63,614 bases of DNA, filler included, from Octopus bimaculoides (GCF_001194135.2; 5 parts of 5 records of this genome joined end to end with filler, not necessarily neighbours in it); one strand, 5' to 3'. Numbered from the whole stretch's first letter, positions 11,189-23,290 are shown. Notes: generated by a model from the letters alone, not told the origin. Made by a program: numbers and translations.

Positions 11189-12514
11189 TCAAGCCTCTGT
11201 GAGTACTTTCCATATCATTAGACATATTCCTTCGTCTGGATTATTCCTGCAAATAGTTTCGATCCGTTGCAGTTTTTCAGAAAGTTTCTCTGTCTTGTTA
11301 TTATCCGATTCCCCGTCTTTGTCGCTCATATCAGCTTCGTAGTTCAAATCTGTTTGAGATTCCTTTTCTAATATCAACTTACATCTACGGTGACAATCAA
11401 CCTGTTTTGCCATCGCTTCAACACCAGATTCACTATTTCTCCTGCAAGCATCACCTTGGCCGGAATTCTCCCTTTCACATTTTTCATAACAATGACTCTT
11501 TCTGTTGTTTCTGTTGTAATTATTATTACTCAAACCACGCAGTCGACACAAATCATATGTTTGACCTTTATAGTTTGCATGAAAAAATGCTTTAAACCAT
11601 TTTCCGAAGAAGAAATTCCCTTTAAAGGTTCCTTTTATTAAATTCTCCACTGGAATATCCTTATCGACTGCAAAATTTTTAAAAGCAGCTTGAAGGCATT
11701 TGAAATTCTGGCGTTTATCCGTGTCGGTAACAGGACTGAATTTTATATCTTCAAAAGCAATTGAGCCAGGAAATAATATTCCTATACCAACACAAAAGTC
11801 GACACCGGTTCCTAATTCACCAATGCTAGACAATTTCGGAGCGATTGCTCTGCGGAACCAAATAATTAAATCTTCTTTGCTTACATTTTGAACCCGAAAC
11901 GTATTATTCACAGCCAAATTCTTTGATTTGACGAATATTTTCGGCGGTTGAATCATAGCGTTTTTATGAACAGATTCATTATCACGGTGATTCCCAGATT
12001 TCAAGATTTCTTCTTTGTTTTTGTCGACTGCTGACTGAACATTCGTTTCAGAGAAGTCCTTTGTATCTTGAGAATTTTCTCTATTTTGAGATTTTGTAGC
12101 CCTTTTCTTGAACTTTTTCTTTTTGCATGAGGCTCTAATTTGGTTTATATCATAAGGTTGGCCTTGATAATTCTCCATAAAGAATGATCGGAACCATTGC
12201 CCAAACTGATAACAACTTTTAAAATTTCCTTTTAAAATATCTTCAACGGGAATCTCTTTTTCAACACCATTTTTCTCAAAGACTGTTTGAAGGTAAGTAA
12301 AATTATGGCGCCGATCGTTTTCTGTAAGTCTGTCAATCTTTATATTCCGTAAATCAACAGAGCCAGGGAAAAGTATTTCCATTCCTAAGCAAAGATCGGA
12401 TCCAGACCATAGGTCTTCGATTGCATTGAACTTCGGAGAAACTGTACGACGGAACCAAATAATCAAATCTTCTTTACTGACATGTTCAATTTTAAAACAA
12501 TTATTTGCACTCAT
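11189..12514 (-). CDS. Divergent EB1/MAPRE-family (RP/EB) microtubule-associated protein with two tandem CH domains and a degenerate C-terminal EBH domain; intronless CDS
   Basis: Uninterrupted 441-aa ORF, ATG to TGA. aa ~12-128 and ~200-327 each carry EB1 CH motifs: LFPGS, NF..LQ..F...GV.K.IPV..L.KG.F, F.QWF..FF..NY.G..YD. The C-terminus EKLQRIETICRNN...IWKVL aligns with the EB1 EBH segment GKLRNIELICQEN...IVDIL. No symbol given because orthology is unclear. Confidence 0.9.
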   Translation of the reverse strand: MSANNCFKIEHVSKEDLIIWFRRTVSPKFNAIEDLWSGSDLCLGMEILFPGSVDLRNIKIDRLTENDRRHNFTYLQTVFEKNGVEKEIPVEDILKGNFKSCYQFGQWFRSFFMENYQGQPYDINQIRASCKKKKFKKRATKSQNRENSQDTKDFSETNVQSAVDKNKEEILKSGNHRDNESVHKNAMIQPPKIFVKSKNLAVNNTFRVQNVSKEDLIIWFRRAIAPKLSSIGELGTGVDFCVGIGILFPGSIAFEDIKFSPVTDTDKRQNFKCLQAAFKNFAVDKDIPVENLIKGTFKGNFFFGKWFKAFFHANYKGQTYDLCRLRGLSNNNYNRNNRKSHCYEKCERENSGQGDACRRNSESGVEAMAKQVDCHRRCKLILEKESQTDLNYEADMSDKDGESDNNKTEKLSEKLQRIETICRNNPDEGICLMIWKVLTEA

Positions 12515-12602
12515 ATTTGTTGTATTCTGAAGTTGTGCTAAAATCCAGGCTTATTATTTCAAGAATATCAACGTATATGAATATATTGATGGATATTGTA
12601 TC

Positions 12603-12697
12603 CTAAAAAGCAAACGATATTAAATACTAGAAATAAAATAACAAAGTGAACGATAAATAAGTTTACGTGACAACACCAGACAGCAGAACGCAACTGA
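12603..12697 (-). promoter_or_regulatory. Candidate core promoter and 5'-UTR mini-intron of the EB1-like gene
   Basis: The minus strand has an Inr-like TCAGTT at 12697-12692. A 64-nt T-rich GTAAAC...TTTGCTTTTTAG segment at 12666-12603 fits an intron upstream of the ATG. The surrounding DNA is CpG-rich. Confidence 0.3.
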
Positions 12698-15600
12698 CTG
12701 GTTACAGTTTCTAAACGTATGGAAAACGTTTGAAGACAAACGCCACTGAAGGACGCTTTTTTAATTTAAATAGTTTGCCTTTTCTATTCGGTCGTACTTT
12801 GTGACATTACATTTTCTATCGAAATTATCGCGAATAGAAACATTAGTTATAATTTTTTTACATAAATTTATAACTAAACCTTTTAGTGACATAAATGAAG
12901 CGAAATGAATGGATAAAACCGGAAATCATAACCGAATCACGAGGCTTGGTTCGTTGAAAGCTTAACTCTGTTCTATAGTTATTTTGGAAGTAAGATCACG
13001 CGGTTTATTGGAAACTGATGTTAAATTAGAATGGATATCATGTGATCCATTGCATCTTTGATACACCCCTAAAGATTTATTTATTTTATCGGAAATACGT
13101 CAGCTTAATTTCAAACACATAACACGTGGATCTGTGCCCGTGCTACACCACTTCAAACGCAACATAACTATTCATATAAATGTTTACTGTTCACAACCTG
13201 GAATTGACCAATCCATGGCTATTGTTTACAACTTCATTAACCGAGTTCACCACATCGTCCGCTCGTATGCAGGAGTAAACACCTGATCGTTTTGACAGTC
13301 TACTGTTCTTTGTCCTATTACACATTCACAATTTTGAGTAAATGTTTACTATTACACCATTTAAAGAGGAAATGTGGTATTCCTGTGGTATTTTAGTGTG
13401 TTTTGAACGAATCTGACCTTCAAAAATGTCGAAAATTACTTGTTGTTTGGGTAAATTATTTGTTGTTTAACGGCGGTGCATCAGCATGGCCGCAGGCTCT
13501 GAGATGAAACTATAGAAAAAAAAAACTATTCTCCACCCCGAAGACAGACAAGGTTATAACAGTGTGAGTCTGTGAAACTTCTATTCTTATATATATATAA
13601 TGAGTGCGCGCGTGATTTGCTTAGTCGAAGGGCAGATGACACCTAAAGATGTTTTTCACTGTCTCTAAGACTTAACAGAACGAAGAAGAGAGAAGTTATC
13701 TTCAGATAGAAGACTAGATTCGAATGGTGACTAGATTCCAATCGTCAGCAGAGAGTAGCTCCGCTGAAGACAATCCAAGACCAGGTGGTGATGCTCAGTC
13801 TAGTGACGAATGAAATTTGTATACTGTTCAGTTCACATAATTGTGTAGAATAAGAAGCAGAAATTCTGTGAATCTGCTTCTAAGAGACTATGTGAAAAAA
13901 GCTTTATCTCTGATTTGATTAACGCTACAGAAACGATAGCGATCTTATCTTACCTGTCTTACTTGATAAGGTTAATTCTAACATTTCATCTTTAGAGTTC
14001 AGTGACATGTGAACCTTATATGTCTTGGCTTTCAGTTCGGGATCTAGAAAATGATCAGCCTCGGACAAGTGTTGAATCTACATAGCTGAAATACACTAAG
14101 AAAAAAGCATGAAATAGTAGTCAAATATCTCTCAACTTACATACTACCCTCTTAGATAGAAAAATAAAAAAACACACTGAGTACAAAGTCTTATATATTC
14201 ATAAAGTCAGAATGATCATAGTTGCAACGACTTTATTCTTATATGTGCTTGCACAGAATTCTGCTGCAGCTAAACAACAATAAGGGCGCATTTAAATGGT
14301 CGTTCGATTTGACAGAAATAGCAACCAAATCTCTTTGAAATTTCAAACTGCCGTCTTAGAAAAGACTGCAATGCTTTTATTCATCGGTCAGTTCGTTAAG
14401 AGCTGACCTTGGGCTAAACACTTACAGCACAGAAGCAACAGTAGCCTTTTTTTCCGATATATTCTCACAATACATTAAGTTTCTCCAATCTCCAGGCCCC
14501 ACTGCTGACCAGATCACTCTTAGTTCCTGACTCCACCCTTCTGATCCCAGAAGGCATTCACAGACTATTACAAATACCGCAGCTTCCCCTTGGTAGTAGT
14601 CTAAAGTTAAAAAATAGAATGTGTTCAGTTATTTTTTTGCCAGACGACCGACCAACGCGGCTTTTGGTTATCTTTTTCAAAAATCTATTCAGCTTTTTTT
14701 CTATTACTGCGAACACAAACTGATGATATAATTAATCATTCCAACATAAACATTCCCTAAATTGAAAAAAAAAAAAAAAAGGATTTATGCTAAAGAGTCG
14801 TCAAACTTTATTTATGCATTTATATGTTTATATTTGAATTTCTTTTTGCATCTATATTTATGCATTTGTTTCTTATTAATGATTTCAAAATTCTTGTTGA
14901 AAGATATTTCAGCACATCTACGCTTCTACGCCTTCCAATTAGCGTCACAAACCGTTCTTTTTTCTTTGTGTGTGTTTTTATTTTTTCGTTTTTCTCTAGT
15001 TTAGCCAGAATAGGAAAGGCTGTACTTATAACCTTTTTCATGGACTTCCTGACTGGTTGCAGGAAGTTATACTCACATCGGAGTACTTAGCCCAAATAGT
15101 TGCAACGGAGTGTACTCTGTAAAAAGAGAAACAGTTGATATCGTTCAATCTATCCATAATTTCATTTAGAAGTCTCACGAGACGGCAGTTCTCACATGGG
15201 TCTTGAGCAGATCACGCCACCCGGTTTAATACCATAACCTAATCCTTGAGCTTTTTGTGTATTTCACCCTGTTGCATGCATTCAAATCAGACGTACGGTT
15301 CCCTCCACACTCATGCCTTTGATTAGGGTTGACTAAACAGCAGACATTTGGAAATAAAATGGACTATAGGTAATTACCACATTCCAACCACCGTATGAAA
15401 TTAATCCTGCAATCAATGCATTAAAAGACCCTAAATTTCATATGTACATAACACGAAAACGATGTACAGAACGTACATATATTTCATATAACATAACATG
15501 AAAACCGTGTATAGAAAGTACATTAATGCAAGTGGAGTTAAATCCCCTATTTTTTTCTTTTTTTTTTTTTTTTTTTTTTTTTTGTAAGACTTAATCCACA

Positions 15601-16134
15601 CAGAACAACTCTGGCGCTTCCCATCAATTCTTTGTGCGAAACTCACTGGTTTTGCAAGATTATTGTATCGCATGGAACTTTGCTGGCTATCATGTAACCT
15701 GATGTAGCCCACGGAATTGATTTTCCAATGGTGTTCGTTGTTGAGTGTATAGTACGTTGGAGCTGTTATACTTCAATTACTATTTCATAAATGCTTAAAA
15801 TATCGCTAGAGGATATAGGTGCCTGTAGATACAATATGATCAAGAGGTTCTGTTAACGAAATTACGGTATTTCACTGGAATTTGTTAATTAAATTATGGG
15901 GTTTCTTTGTAGCCACTTCCAGCAGAATTTCGTTTCCCTCCTTTTTAGGAGACTAAACTTCCCAGTCAGCCATCAACCACTTTGTGTCATCGTAATCAGT
16001 AAACCTTGAATATTCAACTAAGCGCCATATTGTTGTTGTTCGAATATACTTATGATCAAATGAGCTTTATCATATCCTCTTGAACTTGATCATTTTGTCT
16101 TCTACATATATGTAAGATTTTTTTCTATCTAAAG

Positions 16135-16525
16135 CAGTGGTTCTCAACCGGGATCCATGTGGCCCCTGAGGGTCCATGTAAGATTTTTATTGGTTCATGC
16201 AACAAAATAGCAAATTGGGGAACCACAATAGTATTTTAAGGGCGCGTGAAAAATTTTTTTTTTAGATATATGTATTGGTATATATTGCAAGAAACAGCTA
16301 AGTTTCTTTTTCTAGTGTAGCTAGTATGGCCGTCCTCTCGGGCGCTTCTTTCTCTCAAGTTTTTCATGGTCCAATCTACATAAGTTAATGCGTGAAAAGC
16401 AGAATCGGAATTTTGAAAGAAGTTTCTATAAAACTAGTTTTTAAACATCGAATAGCTATGGGATTCCACCAGAGTAAAATAGTGACCAAAGAGGTCCATA
16501 GATTAAAAGTTGTTGAGAACCCCTG
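16135..16525. mobile_element. Non-autonomous hAT (Charlie-like) MITE
   Basis: Termini CAGTGGTTCTCAAC ... GTTGAGAACCCCTG. The 8-bp TSD is ATCTAAAG (16127-16134) / GTCTAAAG (16526-16533), close to the NTCTAGAN target of Charlie elements. Confidence 0.85.
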
Positions 16526-17026
16526 GTCTAAAGTATATTACGAAGCATCTATTTTTGCTTATGCAAAAGGGTAGAGTTCCACTACAAGGGAACTATTGAC
16601 TGTAAGTATTATTTCGTTGCGGTTTCTAGCAGGTAGGGCAACTTCGTTTAAGCTCTTGATGGTATGTTTATTTTTCTCTTCCTCACACATCAGGCGATTC
16701 AACGTTTTACAAATGAAAACAAAATATTTCATAAATTGTTTATACACTATAAAAAGATTTGAGGCTAATTTCCATGTCTTCATAAAAACTGGAAGTTTAA
16801 ATCTAGTAATAAGGAGTTGCAACGTTTGCTTAAGGTCATATTTAACGAAGGTGACAACGTCACTTGTCAGTAAATTCATTCAAAAATAATTTATAATTTC
16901 CTCGCAAAAATTTAAACAAGTCACGCAGATAGAGACGACGCGTATGAGAACATTCGTGTGGATATGTGTGGGTGTATGTGTGTGTTGTGCGCATATATGT
17001 GCCCGAATATCTGTGTGTAATATATA

Positions 17027-17062
<36 letters not shown>

Positions 17063-17308
17063 TGTGTGTGTGTCTGTATGTGTGTGTGTGTGTTCATGAA
17101 TGCATATGTATGTATATACATGTATGTATGTATATGTATATACATACATGTATGTATGTATATGCATGTATATATATATGTATATACATATATATATATA
17201 TGCATGTATATATATATGTATATACATATATATACATTTGCCAAATATCCATACGAATATATATATTTATGATTATATATCTATAGATGTGTGTGCGCGC
17301 GCGCGAGT

Positions 17309-17670
17309 GCGCAGGAGTGGCTGTGTGGTAAGAAGCTTGCTTCCCAACCACATGGTTCCGGGTTCAGTCCAACTGCGTGGCACCTTGGGCAAATGATGTC
17401 TACTATAGCCTCGGGACGACCAAAGCCTTGTGAGTGGATTTGTTAGACGGAAACTGAAAGAAGCCCGTTGTATATATATGTATATGTGTATTTGTGTCCG
17501 TGTTTGTCGTCCCATCATCGCTTGACAACTGATATTAATGTGTTTACGTGCCCGTAACCTAGTGGTTCGGCAGACGGGACCCATAGAATAAGATCAGGCT
17601 TAGAAAAAGTAAGTCCAGGGCGGTACTCCAGCATGGCCTCAGTCAAATGACTGAAACAAGTAAAAGAATA
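17309..17670 (+). mobile_element. SINE family A
   Basis: Matches family A from head to tail. Confidence 0.85.
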
Positions 17671-17894
17671 TATATATATTTATGATTAGATATATATATC
17701 TGCGTCTGTATCTATATATACATTTAACGAATATACATATATTTTAATGATTATATATATATATATATATATATATATNNNNNNNNNNNNNNNNNNNNNN
17801 NNNNNNNNNNNNNNNNNNNNNNTTAATTAATTAANNNNNNNNNNNNNNNNNNNNNNNNNNNNNNNNNNNNNNNNNNNNAAAATTTTTTTTGACT

Positions 17895-17971
17895 AAAACA
17901 CAACTAGAACCCTAAGTAAGGCATGTGTAAAATTTGAATGAAATTGGTTGCGTAGTTCTCGAGTTTTAGGG

Positions 17972-18011
<40 letters not shown>

Positions 18012-18032
18012 TCTCATTTTTATATATATAGA
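17895..18032 (+). mobile_element. Non-autonomous Helitron/Helentron-like (Lep1/DINE-type) 3' fragment
   Basis: TGTGTAAAATTTGAATGAAATTGGTTG...GTAGTTCTCGAG-(CA)n-TTCTCATTTTTATATATATAGAT recalls the core-microsatellite-tail layout of these elements. Confidence 0.4.
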
Positions 18033-18383
18033 TGATGGCCGTCCACTCATGACTGAGGAAGACCATTGCTGACCTTCAAGAACATAGTGTGCTCTAGGAC
18101 TAACTTATATTTTGCATTTGTGGCTCTGTTGGTGGCAGATGAGTCCTGCTCTTGACAAGCATACATATCTGCTAACATTGCAAAACAAGCTTTCCCCATT
18201 CACTATACCAGCAGTGTGCTTTCAAGCAGCATGCTTAAGTTCTTCATGCAGAATACATACTCTCTCAAAAGTGTCAACCCCCCTCCTTGACCTGCTTCCT
18301 CCATCTGTGGTAATGACAGGCATAACTCTCCCAGTCAGTCTTCTGCATATCACAGGCCTTAAAGAAGGACTTGATACAGTCCT

Positions 18384-18385
<2 letters not shown>
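18033..18385 (-). mobile_element. RTE (BovB-like) LINE C-terminal fragment
   Basis: KDCIKSFFKACDMQKTDWESYACHYHRWRKQVKEG resembles the RTE ORF C-terminus KD.LK..LK.C.I....WE..A.DR..WR..V.EG. Confidence 0.65.
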
Positions 18386-18428
<43 letters not shown>

Positions 18429-18512
18429 TCATACATATACATATATATATATATACACACACACATACATATTTATACATATATGTGTGTATGTGTGTGT
18501 GTATACATATTA

Positions 18513-18559
<47 letters not shown>

Positions 18560-18872
18560 ATCATCATTATTATTATTATTATTATTCAAAACAATTCGAT
18601 TCAGCCCCATGCAACTTAATGTTTCATAGGCTTCTTACAGAAACCTAACTCAGTTAATGGAATTGAGAGATGCAGGAAGTCCAAGATGGCTACAGGAAAC
18701 TGGACTGCAATTGGTCAAGGCAGATCACCTAGGGTTGTTAGATCAACATTCCAGAGACACCAACCAGATGCATTAAAAAGAAGGATTTCCTGGACAGCAT
18801 GGCTTGACTGAACAGGAAGCTGGTAGCACCTTGCTGTCTGGCCAGCCTTTGAAGGAACTTGCAGGTGTGTGT

Positions 18873-18904
<32 letters not shown>

Positions 18905-20659
18905 ACTAGATGCATAAGTGCATAAATGTGGATGTCTGATGCCTATGCATGTGTATCTGCAATGCATGTGTGTGGGCAGTTGCACACGTATGTGTAAACT
19001 GACATGTGGGTGAGAACTGATTGCATCAGCTCATTGGTGCATATATGCATGTTTACTAGGGTTTGTGTTTGTATAGGTACAGGTGCATATCAACCATATG
19101 TTAGTGCTTGTATGCACGAATATGTACAGTAATAAGCATATGCTCAGCCTGGGTGCTTAAATAAAATGTTTATTATAAGTTAACATGTATACGTTAATAA
19201 ACATACATTCTGCATTGCTGTATAAATAAACTGTATGTAAGTTCACGTGCATACATTAATAGATATACACTCAGCTTTGCTATATAAATAAACTCAATGG
19301 TTAATGCATTTTGGTTTTCTCTACTGGTCAAACCCAGGAATGGTTCAACAAGTTTCAACTGGTTATTGCCAACTTTCAAAAATGTTTGTTTGAATTATCT
19401 TACAGAGAGAGGAAGTAGTTTAGAATTACAGTACTAATAAAAGATGCTACAAAGTAATATTGCACTCTGTCATCATCATTGTCATCATTGTCATCATCGG
19501 TGGTGGCATTGTCAGCGTTACCATCATTATCATCATCATTTAACATCCATGTTCAAGGCTCACATGGGTTGGACAGCTTGACAGAATCTGACTGGTCAAA
19601 GTACTGACATCAAGCTTCAATGTCTACTTTAGCATGGTTTCTACAGCTGGCTGCCCTTCTTAACCACTTTAGAGCATGTACTGGGTTCTTTTATCATAGG
19701 CCCATGCTAGAGAGGTTGCTGTGCAGCTTTCAAGACTATGATCCCCTTCGATTGAGTTTAACTACAATAGAGATGGAAAATATTTTATACTAGGAGAATA
19801 GAAGTTAAAGTATGAGAGAAGGGGCCGGAACAAAACAGGTTTCTTACCATAGAGGAGCTACATAACTCATTACTCTCACCCTCTCTTCTATGGAAGAGAG
19901 GGTAAGAGTGATAAGGGTAGAGTTGGAAAGATATAAAACAGTAATGATGAGGTGTCAGGATGGAACCTCAAAATACAAAAGGAGTAAGAGTAGGAACAGA
20001 AGAAGAGAGTGTGAATGGGTAGAGGTTGTAAGAGTGAAGGAAGAAAGTGAGAGATGAGGAATATGTGATGGGGTGAATATAATGAATGAAGAACAAGTGT
20101 TGAAGGATAAGTAGACATTGGAGTGAAGGTAGGGACGAGTAGGTGAGAACTGTAAAGATTAGGCAGTGTTGAGGGGTGGATGTGGTTACTGGTGGATACG
20201 GGCAGGCTAGGATAATCAATAATACATATGAGTTGATGGAAGGTAAGGGAGAGTAGGAGATGACTGGCAGTGTGGCAAAGGTTGAAGAGCAGCAGAACAG
20301 TAATAATGATACAGCTGATAGAGGAATGGTGCGAGAGATGTGAGATTGGGTAGTTTGTAAGTGTGTGATAAGAGGAAAAGCATGCTTTAGTGAATAAGAG
20401 AAGGGGGAGATGAATAGTTGAGAAGTAGAGATAATTTGGTAGCATAAAAGGGGTCAATGTAAAATGAAGGTGGAGAAGGTAGTACTAAGAATAAAGAATG
20501 AATATTGAGTGAAATGATTCTAAGTCATGAAAAAGATAAGAGATATCAAGGAAAAGCTGGTGAAACATGCAGATCTACACACATTTAATTAAATTAGCAG
20601 AATACAGTAGTTAGATAATAGATGGTGGTAATGTCTTAGCTAGGAAATTGGACAGGAAA

Positions 20660-21100
20660 CCCAGTTGTGTATATATACAGATTACGCTTCCTGAATCAGT
20701 CTTGTCAAGATAGGCAGGTCTTCTTGAGAACTATATATTGCCAGTCATCCCAGTCCTTGATTACCTTGTCTGTATGATACAAAGACTCGAGAAGAGCTTT
20801 CACCACTTTATCCTATGCTGCCTTAGGTCTCCTCCCATAAGCTTCGTCCACATGAAGTGATTGGTACTTTGGTACTTCGTTACACAGTTGTCCTCATTCA
20901 TATGCATTACATGTCCATACCAGCAGTCTTCTGTTTTGCACACTACACCAGATTCCTCTCATGCCCAGTCTTTCCCTCAGCACATTTGTGCTTTGTTGTT
21001 CATGCAAACTGACATTGTCCATCTAGTGAAGCACAATAGAGTCCTTTGATCCTGTCAAATCATCCAACCTATTCTAACATGGAAAAAGGACATTGAATGA
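20660..21100 (-). mobile_element. RTE LINE 3' fragment
   Basis: Decayed LRERLGMRGI..SVQ.RRL / GRRP..DKVVK peptides, similar to 25790-26300. Confidence 0.7.
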
Positions 21101-21101
21101 T

Positions 21102-21173
21102 AAGGATGATGATGATGACAAGGATGATGATGATGACAAGGATGATGATGATGACAAGGATGATGATGATGAC
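21102..21173. repeat. Four perfect copies of the 18-bp unit AAGGATGATGATGATGAC
   Basis: Read directly from the sequence. Confidence 0.9.
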
Positions 21174-22159
21174 AATGACGACAATAATGATGATGGGGAT
21201 GATGATGATGGGGATGATGATGATGACTACCAGTGACTGTACTGATATGTAATTATGTCTCACTATAGCAATTATACACACTTCCAGCAACTGTACTATA
21301 AACATGTCTTACTATTATGGTTATATTATACACACTTCAGTGACTGTACTGATATGTAACTGTCTCACAACTGTAATTATATCATACATACTGCCAACCA
21401 ATGTACTAATATATAAATGAGTAGAATTAGTGCCTGTTATTCCTAGTATTTTTAAAAACTAGTTTTCAACTGCTTTTACTCTATGTAGGACAAACATAAT
21501 TAGATTTACTGGATAAGACAAAAATAATCAATGCAAACTATTCCAGCTGTTCTTAGGTACATTCTGCAGAATGAGTTCTATGGTTTAACTATAAGGTCAC
21601 TGTGTATGGTATAGCTACCTGTATGTTTATCAAATACTTGTGCATGACAATTTATGTACAATTTATATAGTTATATTTTGTAAAAATGTGTGAATGTACA
21701 TAATTGTATATGTACTTTCATACCTGTGTACAATGATACAGATGCAGCAAAAAAAAAACAAAAAAAAAAATTCACTATTTTTGATAAGTTTTTCAACAGC
21801 AATCATATGATGTGCACTGGTCCAAACCATGATGATAACTAAAGAAAAGACAGTTATTAAACATTAGAAATCTGAAGGCACCTGCCTAACTTCAGTAGCA
21901 CCACACAAATGACTGAGTAAAATGTGATAGGGTTTTCTTTTGCACCCTGTATGTGTGTGTGTGTGTGCATGTATGTCATGGTGATGATGATGATGATCAT
22001 CATCATCATCGTCGTTGTCATAACCCTCCTCCTCCTCCTCCTCATCATCATCATCATCATTATATGAACATGCTTCCATGCTTGCTTGGCTTGGATGGAT
22101 CTTTTCCAGCACATTTCACAACTCATTGCAGTCTTTTGTCATCTATCTTGTGAAGTTTA

Positions 22160-23290
22160 AAATCTTAAAATCAACTTTTACCACTTCTCATGCTTCCTTT
22201 AGTTTTCCCCTCCCATAGGTTCCTTCCAGTTTGATCCCTTAACACTTCTTTACCCAACAGTCTTCTCCATGCATATTACAAGACCACAATGACTCAGTGT
22301 TCTCACTTATACACTACTTATTTTTCTCCCGGCTGATTTGTTCTCCATCAGGCATGCATGCTAATATTATACATCCATTGAAGCGTGCAGGTCACATTTC
22401 ATTCCAGCCTCCATATATCCTCTATGCTTAATCTTTTCCATACAAATTTGTTTGAGACTGCCTTATTCTATGACACAACTTTCTGTTTTAATGTAATCTA
22501 AAAAACTTCCATCAAAATTTCATGTTAATTTAGGCCTCAAACAGGTGCTGAAGTGGTAGCAACATTAACATGTGAGACAAAATGCTTAGCACTTTACATT
22601 CTGAGTTCAAATTCTGCAAAGGTTACTTTGACTTTCATCCTTTCAAGGTCCCAAAAAATAAAATATCAGTCAAGTACTGGGGTCAATGTAATCAAATTAC
22701 CCCCTCCCCTCAAACTGCTGGCCTTGTTCAAAATACCGGCTTCATTATGACAAAGTTGTTTTACTAAATTCTTCATTATTTTCAAAATTAATTGAAATAA
22801 AAGCAGTGTATTTCAAAAGAATTATGGCAACAAAAGGGTTAATGCCCATATTTCACTAACTGCACCACCTCCCTTCCAACATTATTGCTCCTTAAAGAAA
22901 CATTATATGAACTGTCCTTCATGGAGAAAAAGAAATGTTTTGCTGCCTGCAAAAGTAATCTCTAAACTTTTCCACCCTGTCCTTACTCTAGCTACAAAGC
23001 TTTTTTTAAAGATCATATTCCATTACTTATTAGGTCACCTAGGTAACAGAAATTATCAACTTAGGAATTCTCCAAATATTTGAAAGACCGTATTATTGTT
23101 GCTTTTTCTACTAAATATACCTTATCTACCGTATATGTCATTCTCTGGGATTCTGCCTCTGATCCCATTGCACCACTTCTGCATACATAATTAATAGTGA
23201 GTACACCAGCTAGAATTCTTACTTTATTCCTTTTCTGTATAAAAGTGAGTAAAAGAATATAGCCACTTCTCATATGCCAGTAGAATCCCG
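22160..23290 (-). mobile_element. Old RTE LINE fragment interrupted by a family B SINE and a MITE end
   Basis: VDNFCYLGDLISNG matches VDSFHYLGDQVSSG at 26.4 kb, and SRKKDGILLAYEKWLYS matches SRKADKPQIPSGRWRYS. Confidence 0.6.
22543..22735 (+). mobile_element. SINE family B (CORE-like), CpG-eroded
   Basis: CTGAGTTCAAATT...ACTTTCATCCTTTC...AAAATATCAGT...GGGGTCAATGTAATC matches other family B copies. Confidence 0.7.

Noticed and set aside
15431-16130. Protein-like decayed minus frame next to the hAT MITE
   Set aside because: Several stops and no recognisable transposase motif.
16559-16889. Overlapping ~100-aa ORFs and splice-like sites (GTAAGT at ~16603, acceptor ~16693)
   Set aside because: No recognisable homology, and the spliced frames stop quickly; a UTR intron cannot be excluded but is unsupported.
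17823-17834. TTAATTAATTAA islands inside N runs (also ~49464, ~52607, ~62201)
   Set aside because: An identical 12-mer centred in gaps is a scaffolding spacer, not biology.
21102-21173. 18-bp repeat encoding DKDDDD (FLAG/enterokinase-like), and superficially regular like a CRISPR array
   Set aside because: There are no spacers and no vector context; it is a higher-order expansion of a (GAT)n retroelement tail.
22992-23042. Apparent 51-nt exon with good splice sites (YKAFFKDHIPLLIRSP)
   Set aside because: The opposite strand encodes RTE VDNFCYLGDL, so it is a LINE relic.
23061-23290. Minus-strand ORF or exon candidate (RKTGFYWHMRSG...)
   Set aside because: Another frame matches the RTE fragment at 26.6 kb.
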